A stretch of DNA of 64,000 nt from IMG/VR virus record IMGVR_UViG_3300011904_000029, positions 6,312 to 70,311 of that record; one strand, written 5' to 3'. Source of the DNA: a virus. Taxonomy: Duplodnaviria > Heunggongvirae > Uroviricota > Caudoviricetes. The notes under the pieces are model-generated. The model did not search any database, had not been told where the DNA came from, and saw only the letters and a list, made by a program, of their open reading frames with translations. Shown here piece after piece: positions 29,514-40,031 of this stretch (its first letter is position 1; the number at the start of each line of letters is the position of its first letter). The position numbers were made by a program, and so were the translations under genes.

Positions 29514-29552
29514 TACTCAACTCCTTTTGTATTAAAACACTCATTTTATCAC

Positions 29553-29834
29553 TTAAAAATAATAATTTGGCAATCTTTCTCCACATGTTTTCACTTGATC
29601 AGAAAGAAGAAAGTCCTCTTCGCTGCTCACTTTGGTGTAAGCACAATAGTATACAGGCGATTTGCAGGGATGCTCTTCACCATTGTTATCTACTAAAGCA
29701 TCATCAACATATCCAATAATTTTATAATGTGGGCATTTTTTAGTTTTAATTATTCCATTTTCAATGCGCCCAGTGATTTCATAACAATAATCAGTGTCTT
29801 TCGGAATAAGTTTTTTCTTTTGTCGCTTATTCAT
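29553..29834 (-). CDS. hypothetical Cys-rich protein
   Basis: 93-aa ORF. Confidence 0.35.
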   Translation of the reverse strand: MNKRQKKKLIPKDTDYCYEITGRIENGIIKTKKCPHYKIIGYVDDALVDNNGEEHPCKSPVYYCAYTKVSSEEDFLLSDQVKTCGERLPNYYF

Positions 29835-29870
29835 ACTATCCCTTCTCTCATTTAATCTCCGTACTGTGAA

Positions 29871-30128
29871 CTAAGATAAAATTAAAAGTTCTTCCATTTT
29901 TTCCTCTGAAATAGACACATCAATTTCACTATCATCTTGTTTGAAACAAATATCATAACTAACAACAAAATTATTAACACTACTCCATCCCATTGATTCA
30001 ACTACGCCTTCAGTGCCTTTTCTAATAACAACCGTTTCGGTTATTTCGATATTCTCATCATGCTTATACACTTCGAAATCTTGTTTAGCAACTACGCTTT
30101 CAACGTCTGGATATTTGTATTCAACCAT
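29871..30128 (-). CDS. hypothetical protein
   Basis: 85-aa ORF. Confidence 0.35.
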   Translation of the reverse strand: MVEYKYPDVESVVAKQDFEVYKHDENIEITETVVIRKGTEGVVESMGWSSVNNFVVSYDICFKQDDSEIDVSISEEKMEELLILS

Positions 30129-30188
30129 TTCTTACATCCTTTCTTTACTTCACATTTGTATCTGATCCACAGTAAAATCACCATTTCA

Positions 30189-30404
30189 TTAAAAATTCTT
30201 ATGTACATTAAGACCATGAGGATCATTATAAATAATGACTTTATGATAATTTAAGCTATCCAATACTTCTTTATCTGAAACATAAACACTTCCAGAAAAT
30301 AAGTCCTTTCTATCTTTAAAAACCTTGAAGATTGTTTCGGTAACTTTCAAAAATCCTAAATCTGCCGTTTCTTTATATTGATTACTTGTTATTTTTCTTT
30401 CCAT
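30189..30404 (-). CDS. hypothetical protein
   Basis: 71-aa ORF. Confidence 0.35.
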   Translation of the reverse strand: MERKITSNQYKETADLGFLKVTETIFKVFKDRKDLFSGSVYVSDKEVLDSLNYHKVIIYNDPHGLNVHKNF

Positions 30405-30429
30405 ACTACATCTCCCCTTTTTAATCTAA

Positions 30430-30627
30430 TCACTCTCCATGAATCCCATCTCTATATCCCTTATCATAAATTTCTTTAATGGTTTCATTATCAATAATAT
30501 CTAATAGCTGCTCCAATTCTTCTTTGTTTAATCCACCATTTTGATCTTCACGGTTGAAAAATAGCCATCCTAGTTTATTCAGACACTTCCAGTTACTGTC
30601 CATCAATTTATTTACTTTAAGTATCAT
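30430..30627 (-). CDS. hypothetical protein
   Basis: 65-aa ORF. Confidence 0.3.
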   Translation of the reverse strand: MILKVNKLMDSNWKCLNKLGWLFFNREDQNGGLNKEELEQLLDIIDNETIKEIYDKGYRDGIHGE

Positions 30628-30877
30628 CTCTAATCATCCCCTTTCCATGCAATATCAGATAAGTTATAACTATAGCAGCTACTCCTATACCGATCATCCC
30701 TACTCCAAATAGCGCACCTCCTTGGCCAGTAGATAAGGCTGTATATCCTAAACCTATAAAGAACAAAGATACCAACGCTATGAAGGAGAGAATCAGAATC
30801 TTTTCTGAAGGATGTAAATTAACCTTGCTTGGTTTAAATAGATTCATTTCTATCTCCTTTTGATAAATATTCTTCAC
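30617..30877 (-). CDS. small membrane protein
   Basis: 86 aa with two predicted TM helices. Confidence 0.4.
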   Translation of the reverse strand: MKNIYQKEIEMNLFKPSKVNLHPSEKILILSFIALVSLFFIGLGYTALSTGQGGALFGVGMIGIGVAAIVITYLILHGKGMIRDDT

Positions 30878-31088
30878 TCATATGTGTTACACTATTTTCT
30901 CTACCCAAGTAATTTCATCGTTGCTTATTCCTGCGCCCCAGTAACCACTCAAATTATCATTAAGTTCTTCTAAAACCGCACCTACGTCTTCATTGTTTAC
31001 TGATCCTTCACCTGAGTAGTAAATATGTAAAGGCTTTTCTTTGATTCTATCCATTATGTTCTCCTCTCAATGAAACCTACAATTTATT

Positions 31089-31481
31089 TCAATCTATTTT
31101 TACTTTAACTGTAAATTTATTGTTTTTGAGCAGTCTTCTGATTTCATCTTCCTTAGACTTTCTGGCAATCTGTCTATCAGTTACTCCCATTGATTTTTTA
31201 ACCATCTGTTCCACTGCCTGTTCTATATATTCTTTATTAGATAATACATTTATTACATCATCATAGAACTCATTTTCATTCTCATATTCATCTCCAATCC
31301 AACCTTTGCTACATAAAACCATTGACCTTTTAGTTTTAGCAATCTTACCTGGTTTTCTAAAATTTATATCAAGTGTCAGTTTTAGATAATCAAAAGAACG
31401 TGCCATATAATTTAATTTAGCATTAACAGTTAATTCCATTGTTAGCTCCTTTATTAGAGTCCTCTCACAGTGTAAAACCAT
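31089..31481 (-). CDS. hypothetical protein
   Basis: 130-aa ORF. Confidence 0.4.
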   Translation of the reverse strand: MVLHCERTLIKELTMELTVNAKLNYMARSFDYLKLTLDINFRKPGKIAKTKRSMVLCSKGWIGDEYENENEFYDDVINVLSNKEYIEQAVEQMVKKSMGVTDRQIARKSKEDEIRRLLKNNKFTVKVKID

Positions 31482-31504
31482 GAGAGGCTGTATGTATTTA
31501 ATTA

Positions 31505-32461
31505 TTATTTGTCTTTTTTATTATCATTGTCGATATTCAACATGAAATTTTCTGATCCGTTACCGGAAACAACAGAAGGTACTTCACCATTCCACTTCTT
31601 AATCCACTCTTCTTGGATTTCAAGCTCACGCAATTTAATAGATTTCTCAAGTGTTGCTTGACGCTCTTCAATGGCCTTTCTGTCTGCTTTTGCTTTTTCA
31701 ATTTCTCTTTTGTTGTCAATGTCTTGAGACTTTTTCTTCTCTTCTGCAATGAAAGCAGCATTAATTGACTCTTGGACATCTTTATCTACATAGTCTAAAT
31801 CTCCAACATATCCAATATTTGAAAGAGTAATTCCTCTCTTTTTAAAATAAGGAACGACATCATTGCGAACTGTTTCAATTACTTTCTTTTTGTTCTCTCT
31901 AATTTCTTTCATACTCATTGATCCATATGTTTCTAGGAGAATAGTTCCAATTTTATTTCGAATTTCGTAGTCCATAATCTTCTCTAATGTTTCACCTTTG
32001 TATTGATAAAGGAATTTAGCAGTATCCTCTTCATTAATACTTGCTGTAGCGCTCATTCCAACATAAAACTTGATTGAGTCTTTAGATTCACCAATGAATC
32101 CTTCGGCTTTATTGGATGTTCCTCTTGTAGTATCTGACAGCCACTCTCTCGTTTCTGGAGCACGATCAACAACTAGTACAGCTACATCATCCCTATACTT
32201 TCCTTTCCACCATCCCCATCCAGTTTTATACCATGTGCGGGTAACTTTAATACGCTTTGCAGCAACTTGGTTTTTTGCCAAATACTCTTCACTTTGAAAT
32301 TTATCTTGATCGCCAGTTTTTCCCTCTAATGGAATAACGAAAGCAGTCTGATTAGACTGAATCTCTACAACTTTTGGTTTGTTGTATGGTTTTACACACC
32401 CTGATAAAGTGATTCCTGCTACTAAAACTACTGGTAAAATTGCTTTTGATTTAATTGACAT
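31505..32461 (-). CDS. putative lipoprotein (lipobox LSGC) with SPFH/band-7-like C-terminal coiled-coil region
   Basis: 318 aa; signal peptide ...AGITLSGC; C-terminal EKAKADRKAIEE... coiled coil. Confidence 0.35.
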   Translation of the reverse strand: MSIKSKAILPVVLVAGITLSGCVKPYNKPKVVEIQSNQTAFVIPLEGKTGDQDKFQSEEYLAKNQVAAKRIKVTRTWYKTGWGWWKGKYRDDVAVLVVDRAPETREWLSDTTRGTSNKAEGFIGESKDSIKFYVGMSATASINEEDTAKFLYQYKGETLEKIMDYEIRNKIGTILLETYGSMSMKEIRENKKKVIETVRNDVVPYFKKRGITLSNIGYVGDLDYVDKDVQESINAAFIAEEKKKSQDIDNKREIEKAKADRKAIEERQATLEKSIKLRELEIQEEWIKKWNGEVPSVVSGNGSENFMLNIDNDNKKDK

Positions 32462-32489
32462 ATTCTCATTTCTCCCTTTTGATATGATT

Positions 32490-32759
32490 TTATATTACTT
32501 TTGTTAATAAGTTTTTAATGTTGTTAGCGAATAGTACTACAACAAACAATACATAACCAATGAGCCAATTATTTTTGAATAATAGCCAAAACTTAACTCC
32601 TGCATGTGATGAATAATCATCGTTTAATTGCTCTATTGCAAACTGCGCTCCAACAACAGGTTCATATATAGACGTGATCATTATACATGCGATTAACACC
32701 AGTGTTGCAATTGATGCTTTGGCTGCCAGTCCTGAACTTATTCTCACACATTTCACCAC
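32490..32759 (-). CDS. small membrane protein
   Basis: 89 aa, two hydrophobic segments. Confidence 0.35.
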   Translation of the reverse strand: MVKCVRISSGLAAKASIATLVLIACIMITSIYEPVVGAQFAIEQLNDDYSSHAGVKFWLLFKNNWLIGYVLFVVVLFANNIKNLLTKVI

Positions 32760-32777
32760 CTTAATTACAGTTGTAAT

Positions 32778-33068
32778 TTATTTCCTAAATGGCTCAATAA
32801 ACTGCCACATAAACCAATTTTTAATACTATTCCACTCCGCTAAAACAGGAATAATAACAATTAAAACAAAAAACCACCACATTGCATAATCACCTATAAG
32901 AAATTCCAACAACCAAATGGGCAAAACAACTATTAAAGCAACTACCAATAAGATAAAAATCAGTACCCCGATCAAAGCGAAGATAAAACCCATAACATTT
33001 AAACAACTTTCTTTCAATCTATTTAAAAACTCCTTCAAATCATCACCTCTTTTCACGATAAAAACCAA
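32778..33068 (-). CDS. small membrane protein
   Basis: 96 aa, strongly hydrophobic. Confidence 0.35.
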   Translation of the reverse strand: MVFIVKRGDDLKEFLNRLKESCLNVMGFIFALIGVLIFILLVVALIVVLPIWLLEFLIGDYAMWWFFVLIVIIPVLAEWNSIKNWFMWQFIEPFRK

Positions 33069-33199
33069 GATTCATTGATATTTATTTTAAAAGAATTTCC
33101 AATCCGCCCAAGTATGTATTTACAAATTCTTCAAATGTTATGTTAAGTTTTTCCTCCATGTTTCTATTTACAAAATAATCTCCTAGGTATTCTAATAGC

Positions 33200-33430
33200 T
33201 CATCGTTCATCATATTCTTTCCTCACTCTCTGCATCTCTATAATTTTATTGGCTTTTAGCCTTGATAGTTTATTCATTGTTTTGTTACATGATGGACAAT
33301 ACAAATCACAATAATTATCAAAGCTATAATACTCATTTGCTATTTTATACTCACTTACAACATGCCACTCATGAGGACATTGAGACTGAATTCTTCTTAA
33401 CTCTCTCTTTTGTCTCCATTCGCTAAACAT
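33200..33430 (-). CDS. hypothetical Cys-containing protein
   Basis: 76-aa ORF. Confidence 0.35.
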   Translation of the reverse strand: MFSEWRQKRELRRIQSQCPHEWHVVSEYKIANEYYSFDNYCDLYCPSCNKTMNKLSRLKANKIIEMQRVRKEYDER

Positions 33431-33812
33431 TTATTTTATCCTTTAGGCTTTTGGGCAATTTGCTATTAATTTTTCTTATTCGCTTATCTCTGTTCATCAT
33501 CCAATCTTGTATCTCCATAGTTTCAAAATAGTCATTGGCATTTGGTATGAAGCCCAAATCTTCTAATATATGTTGCTCTCCAACATATCTAGTAAAAACA
33601 GTCCTACCATCAGAATTTATAAAAGACTCTCCAAAAATTTTTGCGCATTCAAAAATACCTTCTGAATGATGTCTCATGGCTCGATGTCTCATATCTGGAA
33701 TCCAAGCTTTTGTTACATCAAACCAATTATGGATTTCAATATAGTCTTTTGGCTGGCCTCCAAATCTTCTTGCAGAACTTTTAGCATGAATTTCTGGGTG
33801 TGACATTATCAC
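33423..33812 (-). CDS. hypothetical protein
   Basis: 129-aa ORF. Confidence 0.4.
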   Translation of the reverse strand: MIMSHPEIHAKSSARRFGGQPKDYIEIHNWFDVTKAWIPDMRHRAMRHHSEGIFECAKIFGESFINSDGRTVFTRYVGEQHILEDLGFIPNANDYFETMEIQDWMMNRDKRIRKINSKLPKSLKDKINV

Positions 33813-34425
33813 TCATCTCCTTTTTTACTATTATATGCTTCCAAGTCATACCGTTTTTAATTTGATAAAGCATAGATGGGGTAATATCGTGCTTTTTTCT
33901 TATCTCTTTGCTGCTAGCTCCGTTGAATATCATATTTTTTATGTCTATAACTTGTTCAGTAGTTAGTCTTGCCGTTGGATTATTCTCGCCTCTCGCTTTT
34001 TTACTTAGCATTTCCCTGTTTTCTTTTGTGTGAGTTTTCCCGTAAAAACTGTTATTTTCCCCAGCTTGAGATTTTCTTATTTTCTCTTTTGATTCTTTTG
34101 AGTGCTTATAATCAAGTAGCGAATATGAATTTGGTGCTAAATTGTATTTGTTCTTTATTTTGTCAAGAAAGTATTGCTCTCTTTGACTAAGCTCATCTTT
34201 ATCTTTAACTTCTTCGAGTATTTCGAATGTAAATGATGATTCGCCAAATTGATCAAAGTCTTGTTGAAGCGATCCGTTATGATGAACCCCTTTCCTCAAT
34301 GCCCACCTATGAGTTAACCATCTTTCATATGTGTCTACCGTGCTTCCTATGTAAACCATGTTATTTTCTTTGCATATAATTTGATATATTCCTAGTTTTC
34401 TCTCTGCTTTTTTAGTGATTGGCAT
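33781..34425 (-). CDS. GIY-YIG homing endonuclease (I-TevI-like, with NUMOD-type linker repeats and C-terminal HTH)
   Basis: 214 aa; GIYQIICKENNMVYIGST...YERW GIY-YIG core; repeated KxxxGExNxxYGKTH modules. Confidence 0.75.
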   Translation of the reverse strand: MPITKKAERKLGIYQIICKENNMVYIGSTVDTYERWLTHRWALRKGVHHNGSLQQDFDQFGESSFTFEILEEVKDKDELSQREQYFLDKIKNKYNLAPNSYSLLDYKHSKESKEKIRKSQAGENNSFYGKTHTKENREMLSKKARGENNPTARLTTEQVIDIKNMIFNGASSKEIRKKHDITPSMLYQIKNGMTWKHIIVKKEMSDNVTPRNSC

Positions 34426-34437
34426 ATATCCTCCTCC

Positions 34438-34857
34438 TTAAAACACCAATTCTTCAATATCATACTCATATAAATCAGAGCTATATCCATGCAATTTATC
34501 GCTGACATATTCGAAAATATCATATGTGAAAACATAGTCACTATAGGTAGATTTTTCTTTAATCACGATGTTTTCAATTTCCTCTGAACCTTCTTCAATT
34601 TCTCCATTCTTACTGAAGATTTGAATGTATGAAGGCCAGTAGTCTGTTCCACCTTCATCATCATATTCACCCTGAAACTCCCAAGTGATTTTATCTAATT
34701 TCCCAATCCCATGTTGTGTAAATGCTTTTTGTATTGTTTCCCTTAATTCACTTGTGATAGATTCTACTACCACTTTCTCCAGTTCCTCTTCTAATGCCTT
34801 ACGTCTTTCTTTTAAATCTTCTACAGGTAATGTCAATGTTTCTTTAAATTTGCTCAT
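34438..34857 (-). CDS. hypothetical acidic protein
   Basis: 139-aa ORF. Confidence 0.4.
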   Translation of the reverse strand: MSKFKETLTLPVEDLKERRKALEEELEKVVVESITSELRETIQKAFTQHGIGKLDKITWEFQGEYDDEGGTDYWPSYIQIFSKNGEIEEGSEEIENIVIKEKSTYSDYVFTYDIFEYVSDKLHGYSSDLYEYDIEELVF

Positions 34858-34903
34858 ATTTGACTCTCCTTTGTATTAGTTTATTTAAGATAAAAGATTT
34901 GTT

Positions 34904-35131
34904 TTACTCGGTTGGAAATAAACCAACAATATCAGAATATTTTACTAACAACATTTGTTCGCTATCTTTATTCCAAAAAGCGTTTATATTAGTTGGGTTT
35001 GTAACAAAATTTTCGCATACACCAATAAACTTACAGATTTTTTCACTGTTTGGTTTTTTATAATAAACAAAATACTCTTTGTCTCCTATGTAATACGGTT
35101 CTCTCTTCATAATTTTCACCTCGCATTTCAA
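34904..35131 (-). CDS. hypothetical protein
   Basis: 75-aa ORF. Confidence 0.35.
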   Translation of the reverse strand: MKCEVKIMKREPYYIGDKEYFVYYKKPNSEKICKFIGVCENFVTNPTNINAFWNKDSEQMLLVKYSDIVGLFPTE

Positions 35132-35740
35132 GATAAAAAGATTCTTTTATCTTGTTTATTAGTCCTTATATTCTTCATCGTCTTCGCTGTCATAGTTATT
35201 CATCCAACAATCGCATCCACAACATGGGCAATATGAGAAGCCGCATATCCCACAAATTGGATCGCCAAGGAAATCATCTTCATACTCATATTCATCAAAC
35301 TCTTCATTTGAATCATTCATACCAAAAGCCTCCTCAATAAATGAAATATTTTATTTAATTATTATTGATCAATAACCCTTCATTCCTGATTGATTTATAT
35401 TCGTACTCATTAACCCATTTTTCTTTATTTGTGTTGATATTTTTTAATAAATAAAACTTGTGCATATATGGCTGTACCCCATCAGTCGAATGTTCAATAT
35501 CAAAGTCAATCATCTTAAACATTTAATCTTCCCTTTCAGTAGATACATAGTTACTTATATAATCTAATGCATCTTCTTTTTTATTAAATTTAACTGGGAT
35601 CGGAAGGTCTCCCTTTTCTAATAATAAAACCTTGCCAAAATCATCTGTAGCTACTTCAATATACCACTCGCCTTCTATTAGTTTAGGAACCATTATATTT
35701 ACACCTCTTTTTCTAAATGAAAGAACTCTTTTATTGTGCT

Positions 35741-36058
35741 TTAATAGTTTTCGTGTTGATATTCAGGCAATATACTTTTTAATGTCTCAACAATGTATTT
35801 AATTGGTTCCTTGTCAGATCGAATGTGTGTATCAATTTCTCTTAAAGCATCAACATAGTACTCAATATCATCGCATCTATCTTGATACACGTCTTTCAAT
35901 CTATCTATTTCTTTCTGTTGCTCAAAAAATACTACTAATAGTCTTTTTGTGTACTCAATAACTTGGCCTTCCCATTCTTTATTGCCATGTCTTTCAAACA
36001 TTGCAGATGATTGTACTAGCGAACTTAGGAATACTTTATATACTTTTTCAGTTGTCAC
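35741..36058 (-). CDS. hypothetical protein
   Basis: 105-aa ORF. Confidence 0.4.
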   Translation of the reverse strand: MTTEKVYKVFLSSLVQSSAMFERHGNKEWEGQVIEYTKRLLVVFFEQQKEIDRLKDVYQDRCDDIEYYVDALREIDTHIRSDKEPIKYIVETLKSILPEYQHENY

Positions 36059-36090
36059 TTGATCACCTCACTGTGAACTAATAGCACATA

Positions 36091-36285
36091 CTATTTACCT
36101 TCAATTAAAATCTCACATGCACTTTCTAAAACCTGTTCTTTAGACAATTGAAATTTTTCTTTATTTTTATCATAGTACACACAAAACATTGGATATAATT
36201 GCATTTCATTGTGGCCTTCTTTTTTGAGTTTCATTCTAAAAAGTTTTAAATGTCTACTGAGTCTTTCAAGCGAATCTATATTCAT
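36091..36285 (-). CDS. hypothetical protein
   Basis: 64-aa ORF. Confidence 0.3.
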   Translation of the reverse strand: MNIDSLERLSRHLKLFRMKLKKEGHNEMQLYPMFCVYYDKNKEKFQLSKEQVLESACEILIEGK

Positions 36286-36313
36286 TTATACCTCTCCTAT
36301 TAAAATAGTAATT

Positions 36314-36963
36314 TTATAGATTTTCTCTTATATAAATCTTATAGTCTTCGTTAAGCCACCTATCTATTTTATTCAATCTATCAGCACTATAAAAATTTAA
36401 TTCTTTTGTATACCAGTCAGTATAGTCATATGCCCACTTTTTACTATTGCAATACCTGCATGAAGGTACACAATTACTTAAATCATTTAATCCGTCATTT
36501 ATAGCATGTTCCATATGTAGATGATGTCCTTGCTCTTGTTTCGCAGTCTCCTCCTCGACTCCACAATAAGCACACTTGTAGTCAAAATACGCCTTGCACC
36601 TTTCCCATTCTAAAGGTGAAATGTCATGCTGCTTATGCATGTGTTTATAATTATACTCCTTGAGTTTTTCTTTATTATCTCTTCTCCATCTTCTTTGATA
36701 TCCCCTCTCTCTCTTTGTTGTTTCCCATATTCTCTATTCTTTTTCTGCCAATCTGGACTAGACATATATCTATTAATCTTATTTTGTACAAGCTCTGCAT
36801 ATCTTTCAGGATTCTCCTCTTGCCATCTCATACTTCTCTCCACAGCACAGTCTTTACAATAGGGCTGATAGTAAATATACTCATCTCCAGACGATTTCTT
36901 TTTATTTTGAGAATAAAATGAGTCTAGGCTTTTTTCTAAGTTGCAATCTGAGCATACTTTCAC
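36314..36963 (-). CDS. HNH endonuclease, apparently split by a frameshift (two overlapping ORFs 36610..36963 and 36314..36640)
   Basis: downstream part has HNH core GHHLHMEH...NCVPSCRYCNSKK; upstream part has zinc finger CSDC...CKDC and W..N.E..Y repeat modules that continue in the other frame; frames switch inside (CT)5CCCC tract at 36702-36714. Confidence 0.5.
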
Positions 36964-37004
36964 CTCTTTGATTTCACCTCCAAAAACACAATATAATTGT
37001 ACTT

Positions 37005-37364
37005 TTATTGATCTAAGTCGTAGTCTTCATAAATGTTATAGGCCACAAAAATTTCAGTATGTTTATTAAAATACTCGTGAGCATTCCAAGCACCAAACAT
37101 AAAGCAGCCATTAAGAAAAGTAACCTCCTGCTCTAGCTTCTCTTCTGTAATTCTATTAGTGCCGATAACGATATCTCCTTCGTATATCTCTTCTCCAAAC
37201 CTGTCTTTTAAACCTGAGAATAGACATACGGTATTGAAATAAACTTCTTGTGAGCCTATGTACGCTTTTCTATCATCGTAATTTATGTAAATTTCACTTC
37301 CATATAGCCAATCATCTTCTTTTACTAATGGCTCGATACTAATACCACGGAATTTAAGCTTCAT
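37005..37364 (-). CDS. hypothetical protein
   Basis: 119-aa ORF. Confidence 0.4.
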   Translation of the reverse strand: MKLKFRGISIEPLVKEDDWLYGSEIYINYDDRKAYIGSQEVYFNTVCLFSGLKDRFGEEIYEGDIVIGTNRITEEKLEQEVTFLNGCFMFGAWNAHEYFNKHTEIFVAYNIYEDYDLDQ

Positions 37365-37376
37365 TTTTAATCTCCT

Positions 37377-37577
37377 TTAGTCTTCATCATAATTAAAAAA
37401 TTTATGTCCAGTATATCCTTTAAAAAATAGCTTCTTTTTAGGGTGGTCTGAGCACTCAGCATCAAAGAATATTCCGCCAGTTTTAATTAGCTCACAAGTC
37501 GAACACTCTGGCTCATGAACTTTTGTTCCGTTCATATAGTCCTCAGAACGCTCCATGATAATCTCTTCAATTGGCAA
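37377..37577 (-). CDS. hypothetical Cys-rich protein
   Basis: 66-aa ORF. Confidence 0.35.
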   Translation of the reverse strand: MPIEEIIMERSEDYMNGTKVHEPECSTCELIKTGGIFFDAECSDHPKKKLFFKGYTGHKFFNYDED

Positions 37578-37914
37578 TCCATTTCATTTTTTGATTTTTC
37601 ATAAATAATAAGGCAGATACTACCGTGCAAGCTATTATCAAGAACATTAACAGAAATGCTAGCGCAAGCACTTAATCACCACACTTTCTTTATTTTTATC
37701 TTCCTCAACTATCACTCATTTTAGTTGTTCTCTCAATAAATTCAGGAATTTATTGAGTTATTTGCTCTTTAATTCCTCTTCGATATCTTTAAGAATGTCT
37801 TTTGCCTGATCTTTTGTATAACCATATAATGTTAAAAGACAATATGCTTCAAGGTATTCCTCTGGAGACAATGTTTTCCCTCCTTAATATTTAGATAAAA
37901 TTCGCATTTTATAA

Positions 37915-38388
37915 TTAAATAATTTGCATTGGAAATTTAAAACCTTTCGACAATAACTCTTCTTCTGTATGCAATTCAACAACTTGAAAGTTTAAATCAA
38001 TATCTAATTTTCCAATAAAGTTATACTCATCATCTAAGAGTCCGATTTCAGCAAAATAATCTAACAAATCAAAGAGAAATGTATTCTTTGGAACTTTAAA
38101 ATTTCCTTTATTAGAGCACCTTAATATCATTTTCTTCATTATTTCATACCCGTTTAATGTTGGCTCTGCGTATTCAATATAAACATGTCTATTTGTAACA
38201 TTGTCAAATTTATAAGGGTTTACTCTTTTATAGTTGCTACCTTTCCCTATTAGAGATAGCTCTTTGGCCAGTAAGGGGATAACTGTTTTTGGCAACATAC
38301 TAGTTTCAACATTCCATCTATTGTCAACTACAACTGATCGCTTTTGAAACCCACCTTTTTCATATCGGAATAACTTATTATATTTCAT
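37915..38388 (-). CDS. hypothetical protein
   Basis: 157-aa ORF. Confidence 0.4.
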   Translation of the reverse strand: MKYNKLFRYEKGGFQKRSVVVDNRWNVETSMLPKTVIPLLAKELSLIGKGSNYKRVNPYKFDNVTNRHVYIEYAEPTLNGYEIMKKMILRCSNKGNFKVPKNTFLFDLLDYFAEIGLLDDEYNFIGKLDIDLNFQVVELHTEEELLSKGFKFPMQII

Positions 38389-38434
38389 TTTTCATATCTC
38401 CTTTCTTTATGAAGAACTGTGTATAATTATTTTT

Positions 38435-38716
38435 TTATTTATTTTCCTTTTCAAATAGCAGATTTTTTAAATGATCAATCTCTTGATTTTGTTTAATTAT
38501 TGCTCTTCTATATGAATCTATAACACGCTCAAAAGTGATGAAGACATATGCAGCCATGAAGAAAATAGGAGTTGTTATTACCCACTTAGCAACATTATTA
38601 CCTTGAAACATGTTATTCTCATTAATTTCTATTAATACTCCCGAAAGAATAATCGAAAAGAAAACACTAACCAATACTGCTTCTGCACCTTTATTTTCTT
38701 TCAAGAACTTAATCAT
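38435..38716 (-). CDS. small membrane protein
   Basis: 93 aa, two TM segments. Confidence 0.4.
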   Translation of the reverse strand: MIKFLKENKGAEAVLVSVFFSIILSGVLIEINENNMFQGNNVAKWVITTPIFFMAAYVFITFERVIDSYRRAIIKQNQEIDHLKNLLFEKENK

Positions 38717-39056
38717 CTTTTACCTCCCTTAGTTTCTTTCTTAGTGTAACTACCTTCCCTTCTTGCCCTGTAATCTCATATCCGCCCTTATGTACTTCAT
38801 TGTAATCTGTAATAATAACCTTATATTCCACATCTGGGCCATTCTTATAGGTAAAATACCCACCAAGACTAAAAGCAACGGCAAATAGAAAGATAATGGC
38901 TCCGGGCGCTATGTATTCACCAACGCTCTGTTCCTTCTTGATTAGATCAACGGCAATACCAACTATAAGAAGAAGTGCCAATGCCGCTATTGTGGTGAAA
39001 AGACCCACAAGACCGTAATACTCAAAATTCAAAACCTGTTCTGAAAGAATTTCCAT
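38709..39056 (-). CDS. small membrane protein
   Basis: 115 aa, two TM segments. Confidence 0.4.
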   Translation of the reverse strand: MEILSEQVLNFEYYGLVGLFTTIAALALLLIVGIAVDLIKKEQSVGEYIAPGAIIFLFAVAFSLGGYFTYKNGPDVEYKVIITDYNEVHKGGYEITGQEGKVVTLRKKLREVKDD

Positions 39057-39086
39057 ATACTATCTCCTCTCATTAAAACTCATATT

Positions 39087-40031
39087 TTATTTTGAATACT
39101 TTCCCGCTTCTAGGTCAGAAATGAAACTCTTAATCTCTCTTATTGCTGTATTATAGTCATCATAGGATTTAACTTTGTAATCAATTTTTTGAACCATCTC
39201 TGAAATACGTTTCATCTTATTGACAACATCTTGAACTGATGGGTTTTGCATAGTGGTTCTAATATAAGTATCAATCTTATCCTCAATCCACTTTTTATCT
39301 TCTTGATATTTCTTTTCAACAATATGGAGTTCGTCACTAAAGCTATGTACTGTTATATCAAACAACTGTTTACCCTCAATAAACAAATTAACCATGCCTT
39401 GGTTATATTCATACAATTTAAATGTTCCTTTACCGGATTTACCAAATCCATCTGATTCGTCTTCAAATCCTTTATCGCTAAGATATTTTCTTATGTATTG
39501 TTTATAGAATTCCCAACGATCATATGTAGCTGCTTGAGATGTGATGTCCTTACCGATATGTCTATACAAAGATATAAAGGGTTTATCAGATTCTAATTTT
39601 TTAATAATATTTAACTGTAATGTTTGAATATACTCTTCATCTGTTCTGTTAATAATTTCGTAATCCCTGAGAAATTTTCTGTATTCAAATTCTTCTTCCA
39701 GGCTCTTAAAAATCCTTGTCTCGTTATATTCATCCAACTCTCTTTTTGACTCTAGCCTCTCTTTTTCTTTTTCATATTCTTCTATGGTCAAATCGGGACG
39801 ATCTGCGTTCAAACTTTTTGCTTTTACTTTTACTGAATGAGTTGAGTAGATTTCAATCACTGGCTCAGTTTCAGTTGTGTATGTCTTATTTGCTTCAGAC
39901 TTTTCTCCATTTACTTTATAGTATTTATTTGAACTGTATGTATATCCTATAGATGGAAGTTTAAATATAAAACCTTTTTCACTTTTTAACACGTCTATAA
40001 TCATATCTGTTCTTTTGCTTGGCCCACACAT
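39087..40031 (-). CDS. hypothetical protein
   Basis: 314-aa ORF, no recognisable motif. Confidence 0.45.
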   Translation of the reverse strand: MCGPSKRTDMIIDVLKSEKGFIFKLPSIGYTYSSNKYYKVNGEKSEANKTYTTETEPVIEIYSTHSVKVKAKSLNADRPDLTIEEYEKEKERLESKRELDEYNETRIFKSLEEEFEYRKFLRDYEIINRTDEEYIQTLQLNIIKKLESDKPFISLYRHIGKDITSQAATYDRWEFYKQYIRKYLSDKGFEDESDGFGKSGKGTFKLYEYNQGMVNLFIEGKQLFDITVHSFSDELHIVEKKYQEDKKWIEDKIDTYIRTTMQNPSVQDVVNKMKRISEMVQKIDYKVKSYDDYNTAIREIKSFISDLEAGKYSK

